In this document: in pieces, positions 46,636 through 57,997 of the stretch
Layout: each line of letters opens with the position of its first letter
Position numbering within the stretch: the first letter of the stretch is position 1
From: Podospora anserina
Taxonomy: Eukaryota
Direction: 5' to 3'
DNA: 64,000 bases
NCBI GenBank assembly: GCA_017654855.1
Contig: CM030337.1
Location: 2,790,001 to 2,854,000, forward strand
The notes under the pieces: model-generated
What the model was told of the DNA's origin: nothing
Database searches by the model: none
Seen by the model: only the letters and a program-made list of their open reading frames with translations
Position numbers and translations under genes: made by a program

Positions 46636-48894
46636 CGTTCCTGTGTGTCTGTCGTCGCCCTTCCTCTGAAGCCTCCTGTCAAAGAACCGCCTGTGAATCC
46701 AACAATCGCAATGGGGTATGGTAGGGACCGTCCGTGTCGTGCCGTAAAACAAACAAAGGAGCGTGACGAAGAGTTGATCTGAAGAGCAACCGTCTGTGCT
46801 AGGGCACGAGCCGTGGGATCAAAAAGTATTTTAAACGAGCGACACGAATGGCAAGGAGCAAGGAAAGTTTTCAAGTGCTCATCTGTGAGCAGTGATCAGC
46901 ATTCTCCCCGGAGAGACGTTATGGGTGCTTCTTCTCAAACACAACCCCCGTCGCGATTTCCGGCTTCGGGTGGGAGGCGAAGGAAGAAGGCGTCAACGTT
47001 TTTTTCTTCTTGCGGTCATTCTGGAAGAGGCCATGACTGATACGGTGTTGCAGTGCATTTCCCTCCCAACAGGCTCCCCATCATCTCCGCCGACAGGGAG
47101 CTGTAATGAAGCTGGGCAGATCAAGGAGGCCGGAACGGCACCCGGACTAGCCTCCGGAGACGCGACAGTGCTTTTTGTTCTGGGCCCTTTCCTGCCGGTC
47201 GGTCACGGAAAGCAGGTAGGTAGCATATGGCCAATGCTGATGAGACAAAAGCTGATGTTGATGCCCCCGGGGCTCTCGGCCCAGTTCCGCGTGGAAAAGA
47301 CCGGCGCTGGAGCGGTCGGTCTTGGTATTCTCTTGGCGGTGGGAAGAGCGGGCACTTGGAGCTTGATAGGTGGCTCTTTTTGCGCTGCTGATGGAGCTCG
47401 TTTCATGCACTCCCCTGCTTCTTGGTGGCATTTCCGGTTTTCGCTCAAAATGTCGTGGGCAAATTCCCTGACCAAAAATGCAAACTGTGGTTCGGCAGAT
47501 GGAGCTGGGAACATGGCGGTAACACCAGAAAACGGCTGGCTTGGCGGTCGTCGAAGAATGTCCCGAGCGACTGGAACCGACACAATCCTTCAAGATCTTT
47601 GGCAGCGGCCGAACGTCACATGTTTCTCCTCTGCCGCATGCCCCATCACCAACAACCCAGCCGGTCGGGTTCGTGGATGGCGCCATGGGCAAATGAGAGA
47701 GAGGGTTGAACCGTGTGAAGAGTGAACACAAGTTTTTTTCCCACTGGGAACTTGGACAAAACAGCGGGGAGAGAAGGCCGGTGGAGAAAGCGGATTGGTC
47801 AGTTGCTCCACTCGGCAACACGGCCACTAAGTGCCGCTGCGACCCGCTGCACTAGTGCTGCTTGGCACATCCTTCGCCTCTCGGCGGTTACTACAAGGTT
47901 CACCTTTTGATTTTCATCAGCGGTCGAAGCTGCACCTCTCGACGGATACGGCAACGGCCACTTTTTCTCATATCAATCATCTCGTGCTCTTCGCTGCCGT
48001 TTTGCCATCCTGGTCCCGCTGATCCGGACAGGACAACTGATCGTCAGGGTCCAGACATCTGAGACACTCTCCAAGTTGCCAAACCTGAAAGACGCCGAAA
48101 GTTCAACCGCCACCAAAAGCATCGTGAGTCCCACCTCACGATACAACATTTTAACCAAGTTGCCCCTCACCTCGCTTCGGCTTTGCAGCAGCACGCATTC
48201 AGGGGCACGACGTGCCAGGCTCACCTCACCTCCCCTTCACTCCCATTTCCTCGGAACTCCCTGTCACCCCAGCCAGAAACCATGCTGACAGCCCACACCC
48301 TTCAGCCTCGTCCAATCTTGTCATTGAAAACCATCTTTCCGTCACCATTGCTCTCGCCAGCAACACCATCATGGTTGTCCTGGTGTTTCTGCCGGCCACG
48401 ATGGCGGAATATGCTATTCACGTGGAGGCGGCCTTTACGTGACAAGCCATGTCACAGAACAACTATTGAACCCCAGTGCCAGCGAGGTGGTCGTGATCGA
48501 CAGCCCAGGCAGAACCGGAGGAGACTCCTGCCCGGTTTTCTCGGAGTCTCTTCCCGCATCCGGTTTAACCAAGTGGGCCACCACTTTGCTAAATATGCTA
48601 TGCCAGTTAACAGCACATAACTCACCACTCTCACCTCCACGTCGCCGTCAGTCTCCAAGATGGCGGGTCTCGTGTGCTTTTTCGGTCTAGCAACTGATGA
48701 GAAAGCGGAGTCGCGGTGAGGGATGTAAGACCTAGTGTGGTGATAGGGAGTAACTGTCGGTTTTCAAAGTGGCATGCATGGAGCCCTGATGAGGAGATCC
48801 CTCCCTTTTCCAGCTCCCCAGGACGCTTTCCTCTCTTCTTATTTCTCCTGGGTTCTTCTTTGATTCTCCAAACTGCCGTGCCCCAGCTCGGCAG

Positions 48895-50609
48895 ATGGAT
48901 GACGGGATTCCTACGACATCAACCATGGAGTCGAAACATATGTCGGGCATTTTGAGTGCTGACGGCCTCAAGTCGGCCATCACCCTCACCTCCGTTTTGT
49001 CAGTGGTTGGCGTTTGGCTCGGTTACCGCATCCTTGTTTGCCTGTACAACATCTCGCCCTTCCATCCTCTCTCCCGCTTCCCCGGACCCAAGATCGCGGC
49101 TGCCAGTTACGCGTATGAAGCCTACCATGACTGGATTCGCGGGGGAAGATACGGCCCCAAGATTCAGGAGATGCATAAGCGCTATGGTAAGTCGGATAAA
49201 CAAGCCTCCCAAAAAGAAACAACACTCGCTTACCAGAGCACCCTACGTCCAGGCCCAATCGTGAGAATCAACCCGGATGAGCTTCACTGTTCCGACCCCT
49301 ACTTCACCGATGAGATCTATGCCGGTCCTGGACGCATCAGAGACAAATGGCAGCATCAGCTCAACACGGGTGGCGCCGGCCCTGTTTCCGTGACGGGCTT
49401 CTCGACTGTTCCCCACGAGCTTCACCGTTCGCGTAAGGGTGCCCTGTCCAAGTTCTTTTCCCGCCAGCAGATGTTCAAGCTCGAGGGGGAGGTGCTCGAC
49501 TTCTGCCACTTGACGATTGACAAGATGCTCCGCTGGTCTGGGAAGGAGGCTTTTGACATCAAGGAGGCCTTCAACTGCTTTACCGCCGATGTCATTTCCC
49601 AGTATGCTTTTGGCGAATCCATGGGCTTCATCGCTCAAGAACAATGGGAGCCCAATCTTGCGACATGGACCGGCTCCTTCATGAAGAGTGCTTATCTGAT
49701 GAGGCACAACGCCCTGGTCCGCAAGATGACGAACGTGATGCCCCTCGTGGCTGACTATTTGGGCGAGGATATCAAGAACGTGATGCACCAGATGGGCACT
49801 GTCATCCCTGGCTACATCAAGGCGTCTCTGGATGACCCCAACGGCGGCCGTGTGTTTGCTGAGCTTGTCAAGTCTAAGGCTCTCCCTGCGGAGGAGATGA
49901 CTATGTATCGTCTCTCTGGTGAGGGGTTCAACTTTTTGCTTGCCGGTACCGAGACCACCGCGGTAAGTTCATGTCCCCTGGCTTCTACCTGCCCTGTCCG
50001 CTAACATGGTTCAAGGCCACCCTGTCCGTCATCACATTTTGGCTTCTCCAACAACCCGAAACCTACAGAAAACTGATGGACGACCTCCAAGGTCTGACAC
50101 CGACCAACATCAAGTGGGCCGAGCTCGAACAGCGCCCGTACCTCTGGGCCATTGTCCACGAATCCCTCCGCATGATGCCCGGTGTCTCGCACAGATCTGC
50201 CAGAATCGCCCGTACCGAGGACCTGGTGTACCGCACCCGGGATGGCAAGACTGAATGGGTCATCCCCAGAGGCACTCCCATCGGCATGACCAGCATGATC
50301 AACCACTTCAACGAGGAGCTCTTCCCCAACCCACACTCCTTCTCCCCGGAGCGGTGGTTGATTGACGGAAAGCCAAACTACAAGCTGCAGAAGTTCTTGA
50401 TTGCCTTTGGCAAGGGCAGCCGGTCGTGCATTGGTGAGAGCTTGGCCTACTGCGAGGTGTATCTCATGACTGCCCTGATCGCCATGCGCATCATTCCAAG
50501 GGCCAAGCTCGTCAACACCACGTATGAGGACAACCTCAAGTACGATCATGATTGCATTGTGCCTCATTCCAGAAACGGTCCTGTCACTGTCCATGTGCGG
50601 ATCCAGTAG
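48895..50609 (+). CDS. Cytochrome P450 monooxygenase
   Basis: HPLSRFPGP, AGTETTA, ESLR, PERW and heme motif FGKGSRSCIG; introns near 49187-49252 and 49963-50014. Confidence 0.95.
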
Positions 50610-51348
50610 GGGTTGGACACATGAGGAGACAGAAGAAGAGGTAGAGAGAGGCAAGAGTACACGACGTGTTGTCAAGGGGGACGCATCCATGCGCTGGTCA
50701 CATGGCGAGGGAGCGCATATATCGGCCAAATATATCAGCCAAACACACGGGGGCCGATAGGTAAACAGCATAGCACGATCTACAATAATTTACAAATCAT
50801 CCCAAAGTCAAGTCGGAATACATCGGCAAGCAGCAGAGAGGAGATAGCCGAGCTGCCCCAGTGGTCCGGGCCTGACTCGGAATTGCCTCGGGACATGTCT
50901 GCACGTGCGATGCAATGCCAAACCTTATAGGTCTCTGCACGGCCATGACGGCCTAGGCTCTGTTGGATCTTTCCGCTTCCCCTCTTCGTCCTCTTGTTGA
51001 TTCCAGCCATCTCATTGCCACGCTCGCCAGAGCCAAGCCGGCCATCGTGTTTTCCCGGCAAACGTCCATCTGAATCAACAATCTATTTTCCATTTGACGC
51101 AGATAATGCTAGAAAGCAATACGCATTCGAATACAATCGTCACCACCATCAGACTGGACTTCCGGCGACGCCACACCCCTCCCCCCTCCCTCTTCCCCCC
51201 GTGGCCGCCTTAGGTATCACGGGGCCAGCATTTAAGGGGGGCCCCGAGCAACTTGCTACACATCGTGAGATGTCACGAAAGAAGATCCCACCTGTAAACA
51301 ACACAACAACTTTTATCTTTGTTCGATAATGGCAGTATCGTGTCCACA

Positions 51349-53050
51349 ATGGGACCACTTGTTCCTCCCTGGTACAAACCAGATCCACCCAGCGAGCACT
51401 CGCTGGACCTCGCCAGCTTCCTCTGGGGAGCCTCGACAGCCATCGCATGCTTCAGCTTTGCCAAGGCTGTCCGCCAGACCAGGCGGTCATGGCTTCATAC
51501 CCACAAGGTCAACGCCTACATTGTCATGGTGTGGCTGGAGTGGACTGCTTGCGTGATCATGTCGGTCGTCAGCTGGTTGTTCCTCATTGGGATCATCCCG
51601 GTGAGCTTTTGGATCTTCTTTGGTCTTCGTAAGTGGCCTTGCTTATCCGTCGACCACAAAGGTTTTCTGGCTGATGGAATATTTGCAGTCGTTCTCTGGG
51701 TAGTTCAGGTACGTCCTCCCCTTGACGTATTCCTCCTGTGAGCCGCCATCTTCTTTCCCCGTCACCACCCACCCCCCAGCATCACCATCCTCACTAACAC
51801 CCAACCCCCACCTCACAGATCCAATGCCTTACCCAAATCCTCTGCAACCGTCTCTCCCTCCTCTTCTTCAACCCCGACGACGCCCGGCGCCTCAAACTCG
51901 GCGTTGGCCTCGCCGTCGGCATGATCAACATCAGCGTCTTTTGCATCTGGCTCCCCGCTCGCCTCCAGATCAGCGAGACGTTCATCAACCTCAACAACAT
52001 CTGGGACAGGGTTGAAAAGGCCCTCTTCCTGATCATCGACTGCTGCCTCAACATCTACTTCATGTACATGGTCCGCACAAAGCTGATCGCCAACGGACTG
52101 AAGAAGTACGAGCTGGTGTACAAGTTCAACCTGTCCATGATGGTCGTGTCGCTGTTGCTGGATGTGGGTATCATTGCTCTGATGTCATGGGAGGATGATG
52201 CTGTGTACGCCCTCCCCCCCCCTGTTTCCCCCAACAACCAAAAGGCTAACGTTTTTTCGTCCCCAACAGATACATGCAAGCACACCCCCTCGTCTACCTC
52301 GCTAAACTCTGCGTTGAAATGAACCTAGCCGAGCTACTAGGTAAAGTCATCCAGAAGTCCCGCGAGCGTCGCACCACCCCGTTTCTCCGAACCCACATCG
52401 GTAATATCACCTCGCCGTTGACACGAACGACAACAGCAGCCACTGCTACCACGACAGCCAATACGATGCCCACGTCAATACTACCCGACGGGAACATCTT
52501 TGGGGGGTGCCCGCACTTTCGGCATCTTCCAGGTTGCAACTGGGATAACAACAACAACAACAACAACAACGATGCGAGACTGTTTCACCGAAATTGGAAC
52601 CTCAATATGACTGGGTCTGCTGGGCATAGGGAAGGGAGTTATACCGGGGGGGAGTTGTATAATTATTTTGCGCATGGGGGACCGGGGGAAAGGAGGAGGA
52701 CGACGGGGGATATTTTGGATGATGCGGCGGGTTTGTGGAGCAGTGGGGAGGATACTCCGGTGGTGAGCCCCCGGGTGGAGAGGAATATTGAGGCGGAGGG
52801 GGGGTTGGGGAGTTTGGGGAGAAATAATCAGGAGCGGAGAGATGATAAGGGTAGTGAGACCAACAGAGCTCGGGGCAGGAAGGGGGGTGTTGAGAGGCCC
52901 ACCGGGTCCAGGAAACCTAGCGCTGGGTCGAGCACGCTTGTCCAGCAGGAGAGTGGCAGTGGGAGTGGTAGTCGTGGGAGTAGTATCAGGAAGGAGGGGA
53001 GGGATAAGAGGGAGGGGGAGGACCATAGGAGGAGTAGGCATGATAGGTAA
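51349..53050 (+). CDS. Multi-pass integral membrane protein, uncharacterised fungal family
   Basis: Hydrophobic exons joined by three introns (including a ~20-nt mini-exon near 51689-51708); low-complexity cytoplasmic tail. Confidence 0.8.
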
Positions 53051-54371
53051 CAGTGGGGGGGCCGGGAGGGGTGGGGGGTTTGTCATAGTATTCCATGTCA
53101 TGATACCAGATACCAGATTTGCTTTTGAAAGAGGTCAATCTAAGTTTTATCAGGCTGTTCTCTAATCTGATGCAATCATGGTTGCTATGCTGGCCTGGGG
53201 TTCAGTCAGTGGCCTGTGGGTTTGGGTGTGGCAGTGGGACTCACGGAGATTCAGGGGTTCAGGGGTTCATGCATAAAAGGTGGCCATTTTACTCGCACTC
53301 TACCTTGGACAAATCATTGACTTTTTATTCTTTACTTTTAGTGCCTCACACCCGTACAGGCCTATTTTGCCCCTCTTATCAGGGCAATCCTGTGCCTATT
53401 ATGTGGCCTGCGAGCCCATAGTGTCCATGTCCCGTCTTCCGTGGAGAGCGGCCTGCGAGCGAGTCACTGTCACGGAAAGGACGCTTTCAAAGCCCCGGTG
53501 AGGGCTTAGTTGTAGTATTTTGTGTGTTTTTCCCACCGTTTAAATGTTTCATAAAGAATGGGAAGGTTGTGATAAAAAAGGGATGGATATGATGACTGAC
53601 CATGGCCTCACAGGGTGTTTAGTGGAAGGATCTCTGGTTTATTCTGCCTGCCTGGCATGAGTCGCGCCATTACGAGCCTTTTCCAGTAGCATCACCGGCA
53701 TTCCATCGGGCCCCCAGCCCGTCCAGAAGTCACCTATCTACGCATTGGTTGACTCTCGACTACAGGGTCAAATGTCGGAAACTACCTGGTCTATCTTGCA
53801 TTCTAGGATTTTGTGGTGCCACAGAAGGTTGAAAAGGCCCCGTAGCAAAAACGACGGTCCCAGCAAAGTCCTCCTGTAACTAAAGTGGGTAACAAATTCG
53901 CAATATAAACAGTCTCAAGCCCCCTCACAACTGAAAAAGACAATAAGCCAACAAGGTCAATAGAATCAAGTTTCTAGTCACACTTTTATAAGAGGCAAAG
54001 AAAGAAAGCCCATAGTCATGTATCTCAAGCCACACAAATTTCTAAATTCAACAGAGCACAAGCAAGCTGAGCTAGCTAGCTAGATAGATAGATAGATAGG
54101 CAATCCAAAGTTCAACTCAATCAAAAACCACCCCTTGCGTCCAGGAGCAGTCAAAGTTCCATCTCTTTTCTTTTTTTAAAGAAACAAACAATGCTATTTC
54201 TGTCATTCTTCCAATTTCCAATCATCCCCAAAGAATCGAAAGTTGGGTAACGCAAAAGTATCAATCATCGTCAGACAATAACCCCTTTTCTCTCTTTCAC
54301 AAGTTCCATTTCCTTCACTGATGCTTCTGCCTGGTCTTAGAAGACAAAATCTTCACACCCCCTGTGTTGAT

Positions 54372-55526
54372 TTAAGCGGGAGTAGGGCGAGGGACGCGGG
54401 TGAAGCTCTTGGTGGGGAGGGGGGGAAGGGGGCGAGCGCTGCGGGTGGCGGTCGGCTTGGGGGGAGTCACTGGCTTGGTGGGCTTGGGGGGAGTCACTGG
54501 CTTGGTGGGCTTGGGGGGAGTCACTGGCTTGGTTGGCTTGGGAGGAGTGACGGGCTTCGTTGGCTTAGGGGGAGTGACGGGCTTCGTTGGCTTGGGAGGG
54601 GTCACTGGCTTGGTGGGCTTGGGAGGGGTCACTGGCTTGGTGGGCTTGGGAGGGGTCACTGGCTTGGTGGGCTTGGGGGGAGTGACCGGTTTGGTAGGCT
54701 TGGGGGGAGTGACTGGCTTGGTGGGCTTGGGGGGCTCCTCACGGGCAGCCTTGGTCCTGGTCAATGTTGGGCGAGGCGGGCGAGCGGTGCGGCTGATGGT
54801 CAAGACGGGGGGCTTGGTTGGCTTGGGCGGGAGCACAACCGAGCGAGTTGGCTTGGGTGGGAGCACAACGGAGAGAGTCGGCTTGGGGGGAAGGACGACA
54901 GACTTGGTTGGCTTAGGAGGAAGGACGACAGACTTGGTTGGCTTGGGAGGGGTGACAGGCTTGGTAGGCTTGGGGGGAGTGACAGGCTTGGTAGGCTTGG
55001 GGGGAGTCACTGGCTTAGTCGGCTTGGGAGGGAGGACCGGCTTCGTGGGCTTGGGAGGAGTCACGGGCTTGGTTGGCTTGGGGGGCACAACAGCGGACTT
55101 GGTCGGCTTGGGGGGGGGAGGGCGGACGGAGCGGGTAGGCTTGGGCTCATCGCGAGCAGCCTTGGACTTGGTGAGCTTGGGGGGGAGGACCGGCTTGGTG
55201 GGCTTGGGAGGAAGGACCGGCTTAGTCGGCTTAGGAGGGAGGACTGGCTTGGTCGGCTTGGGAGGAGCAACGCTCTTGGTCGGCTTCGGGGGAGGCGGCT
55301 TGACCGACTTGGTAGGCTTGGGCGGGAGAACCACGGACCTGGTAGGCTTGGGCGGAAGAACCACAGACTTGGTCGGCTTAACGGGAGGAACGAAGCCTGT
55401 GGGACGGCCAGTCGGGCGGGGGGGACGAGTAGCCACAAGGTCGACATCGGCATCAGCCACAGGCAGGGCAATGGCCTGCTGAATGGCCGCAGCCGCAGCG
55501 AGGAGGGTGATGAGAATGCGAGTCAT
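54372..55526 (-). CDS. Secreted Pro/Lys/Thr-rich repeat protein (PPKPTKPVT)n, extensin-like
   Basis: Signal peptide MTRILITLLAAAAAIQQAIA; 30+ PKPT-core units encoded by 27-30-bp tandem repeats. Confidence 0.88.
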   Translation of the reverse strand: MTRILITLLAAAAAIQQAIALPVADADVDLVATRPPRPTGRPTGFVPPVKPTKSVVLPPKPTRSVVLPPKPTKSVKPPPPKPTKSVAPPKPTKPVLPPKPTKPVLPPKPTKPVLPPKLTKSKAARDEPKPTRSVRPPPPKPTKSAVVPPKPTKPVTPPKPTKPVLPPKPTKPVTPPKPTKPVTPPKPTKPVTPPKPTKSVVLPPKPTKSVVLPPKPTLSVVLPPKPTRSVVLPPKPTKPPVLTISRTARPPRPTLTRTKAAREEPPKPTKPVTPPKPTKPVTPPKPTKPVTPPKPTKPVTPPKPTKPVTPPKPTKPVTPPKPTKPVTPPKPTKPVTPPKPTKPVTPPKPTKPVTPPKPTATRSARPLPPLPTKSFTRVPRPTPA

Positions 55527-57997
55527 CGTGAAATCTGTCTTGAGAGGGCTGTTCCCAGAAGCTGAAACTTACTACCCAAGTGCCGAAGAAGATGATGAGC
55601 CTGTCGAGAAGAGAAGCCGCTTCTAACCTGCACCGTCCACCACGTTTATATACTCACCGTGAGACCTCATCGACGCTTCCCATGCGCAATCACGATGCAA
55701 CGATGTCGCCACAATCGTCGAGAAGCTCGTCCATGTCTGGCCGCGACTGAGCCAAGGATGCCGATATTGAGATTGCAACCCAGAGGACAGGACTTTTGAC
55801 CATCTGGTGAATCACCTCACTGGCTCCCCCTGGTTGTAGTTCGACGTCCGGGCAGCGCAACGTTGAGGCGGTTGAATAGAGCGCGGTACAAATTAAAGGG
55901 CAAGCATCAATATAGTCGGAACTCAGCATACAGCATCTGCAGCAGCAATAACGGTGAGCAGCACAATTTGTGGCTCACAACGCGTAACGTCGTCCCCGGT
56001 AAATGTCGAAATCGGGGCGCACTCGTACCCATTTTCCCGCCCAACGGGAGAGTGGCGCTTAGCCGCAAACATGAGGTAAACATGTCGTGATCGACCTGCG
56101 AATATCGTCAGTTGAAATAACCGGATGGTGCAGATTTGTATAGACAGCTGATTGCCTTTCTTAGAATTGTACAGTTCCGCCAACCCGGTCAACCGCATGC
56201 GGGCCGAGTACCCAAGCCACAAAGCCCAGAGTTGCGGCTTTCATCAGACAAACATCGACATCAGACACTTCTCGACATCTTTCTTCCTCAGATTTTTTGA
56301 TGTCCGATCTCAGCTGATTCAGGGGTATCGGCAGGTGTGGTCTTGGCATGCTCTTTAGCCTCACTAAGTGCCGGTAAGGCGATGACACCGATGCTTGTTG
56401 TGTGCTCGGAGCGATCTAGACTGCGATGGGTTTGTGGGGGGATAGTGCAACCACGGAGAAATGAGGTCGACGTAAGCTTCATAAGCTTATCCGGGACCTA
56501 CATGACGAGCACTGGGTGGACGACAAGGTTGCAAAAGGCCTGGGGAGCGCACCCAACGGGACCAGCAGCTTGCATCATTCTCCACCCGGATCTTGTTGAT
56601 TGGGATCGCCAGGGTGCCGTCGAGGTGGTGGATGGTCATACAATCAAGCGTGGTACAGTCGTAGAAGAACTCGGAGGCTGTTTACCCGCGAGCGCTAGGA
56701 CAGAAACAGCTCCGTGACTGCCAATGTGGTCAATGTAGCCAAAGATGGTTGAGCACAACTCTGAGCGGATTGTCACCCGTTGGCGTCGTCATCACCACAA
56801 CCTCTTCTGATCTAGCTCGAGAGAAACGGAATCTGCCGCTTTGGCGGGACAGGGTTAGCTCAGACTTTCCCCATGTTTTCGCTTCCTCTCGTCCAAGCAA
56901 GCTGTTGAATGCTACGCTGGTGGTGGTGTTTGGCTGTACTCCAGATATCGCTTCACACACGCTTCCAGTTAGCGAGAGGCGGGATCAGGGGTAAAGTCAA
57001 CGGGGTCTCACCGAGGCTAAAATGGCGAGAATGCGGGGGGTGCAGCCAAAGCGAAGAAAAACGTTTCGGAATGGGGGTGGCTGCCCACATCCCGTCCGGA
57101 GGGCGGTTATCATGTCCGAGAAGAGATATGAGCAGGAGCAAAAGACGGGTCGAGCGGTGCGGACCCAGATCCGTACAGTGTTGGTTCGAGTTGGGGAACG
57201 GAACCCCTGGTTGGGGATAAGTTGGGTGCAATTCTGCGCCAAGTGGGAAAACGCCCTGGTTGCTACTACCATAGCTGTCCCTCCAATCGAGAGAGCCGAA
57301 AGTTCGAGAAGCGGGAGCTGGGAGTGACGAGAGAGCACCATGTGGAGGTTGTCGAATCGATGTGCCTGTCGAGCGTCATGTCAGAATTGGAAGAGGGTGT
57401 GAAGCAATCTGGCATCTATGCCCGATAACGGCAGGGGTAATGGTTGTCCAAGCTTGGACTTGACTCCTGAAGGCTTGATGGGTGAGAATGAGTTCCTTGC
57501 CTTCAAGTCAGTAACCCTAGAGGCTTGCAAGAAAAAGAAACCAGAAGGGTGAGAGATGGACAAGAAAAGCAATGAGGAGAACGGTCCGAGTGGCCCCAGG
57601 CGCACGAATTGCGGAGAATAGTGCAGACGATGAGCAAGTTGGAGCAGTGATGGTGTTACGTCTGAGTCTTGTCCCAAGGATCATGGTTCAAGACTTCGGA
57701 GAGGAAGGCACCGGATTGGTTCACGGCACTCAGACACGGTACGTGCTTGCCGTTCTGGTAGGATGATGCCAGGCCGGCTAGAGCTAGCCTGCAGGTGATG
57801 CTTTCCTTCCTGGTTTGAAGACAACTGCAAAGAGCTTGATGGGAATGCTTGCAAAGATAGCCAGCCAAATTCCCGTGTTGAACACTGTTGACAGAGGTGC
57901 AATCAGTACATTAATTATTAACGGGAATTGTCTTACCTGGGCCAACTTCCCAGTTCCCACACTCTGTGGATGTTCAGACCAGAACTTCTAAAGTATC

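Noticed and set aside
46892..47827. Overlapping 277-aa (+) and 226-aa (-) ORFs
   Set aside because: Non-ATG starts, no motifs and non-coding-like composition; treated as the promoter region between the Pth11-like and P450 genes.
19355..50609. TAG stops of AFG1, the DUF1295-like gene, the small secreted protein and the P450 as readthrough candidates
   Set aside because: The downstream frames close within a few to ~25 codons, as expected by chance.
54321..55565. Long plus-strand Gly/Leu-rich ORFs (414 and 360 aa)
   Set aside because: Antisense shadows of the stop-poor repeat gene; only the minus-strand ORF has a signal peptide.
56100..57900. Scattered 60-126-aa ORFs, possibly a gene relic
   Set aside because: No recognisable motif or consistent frame.
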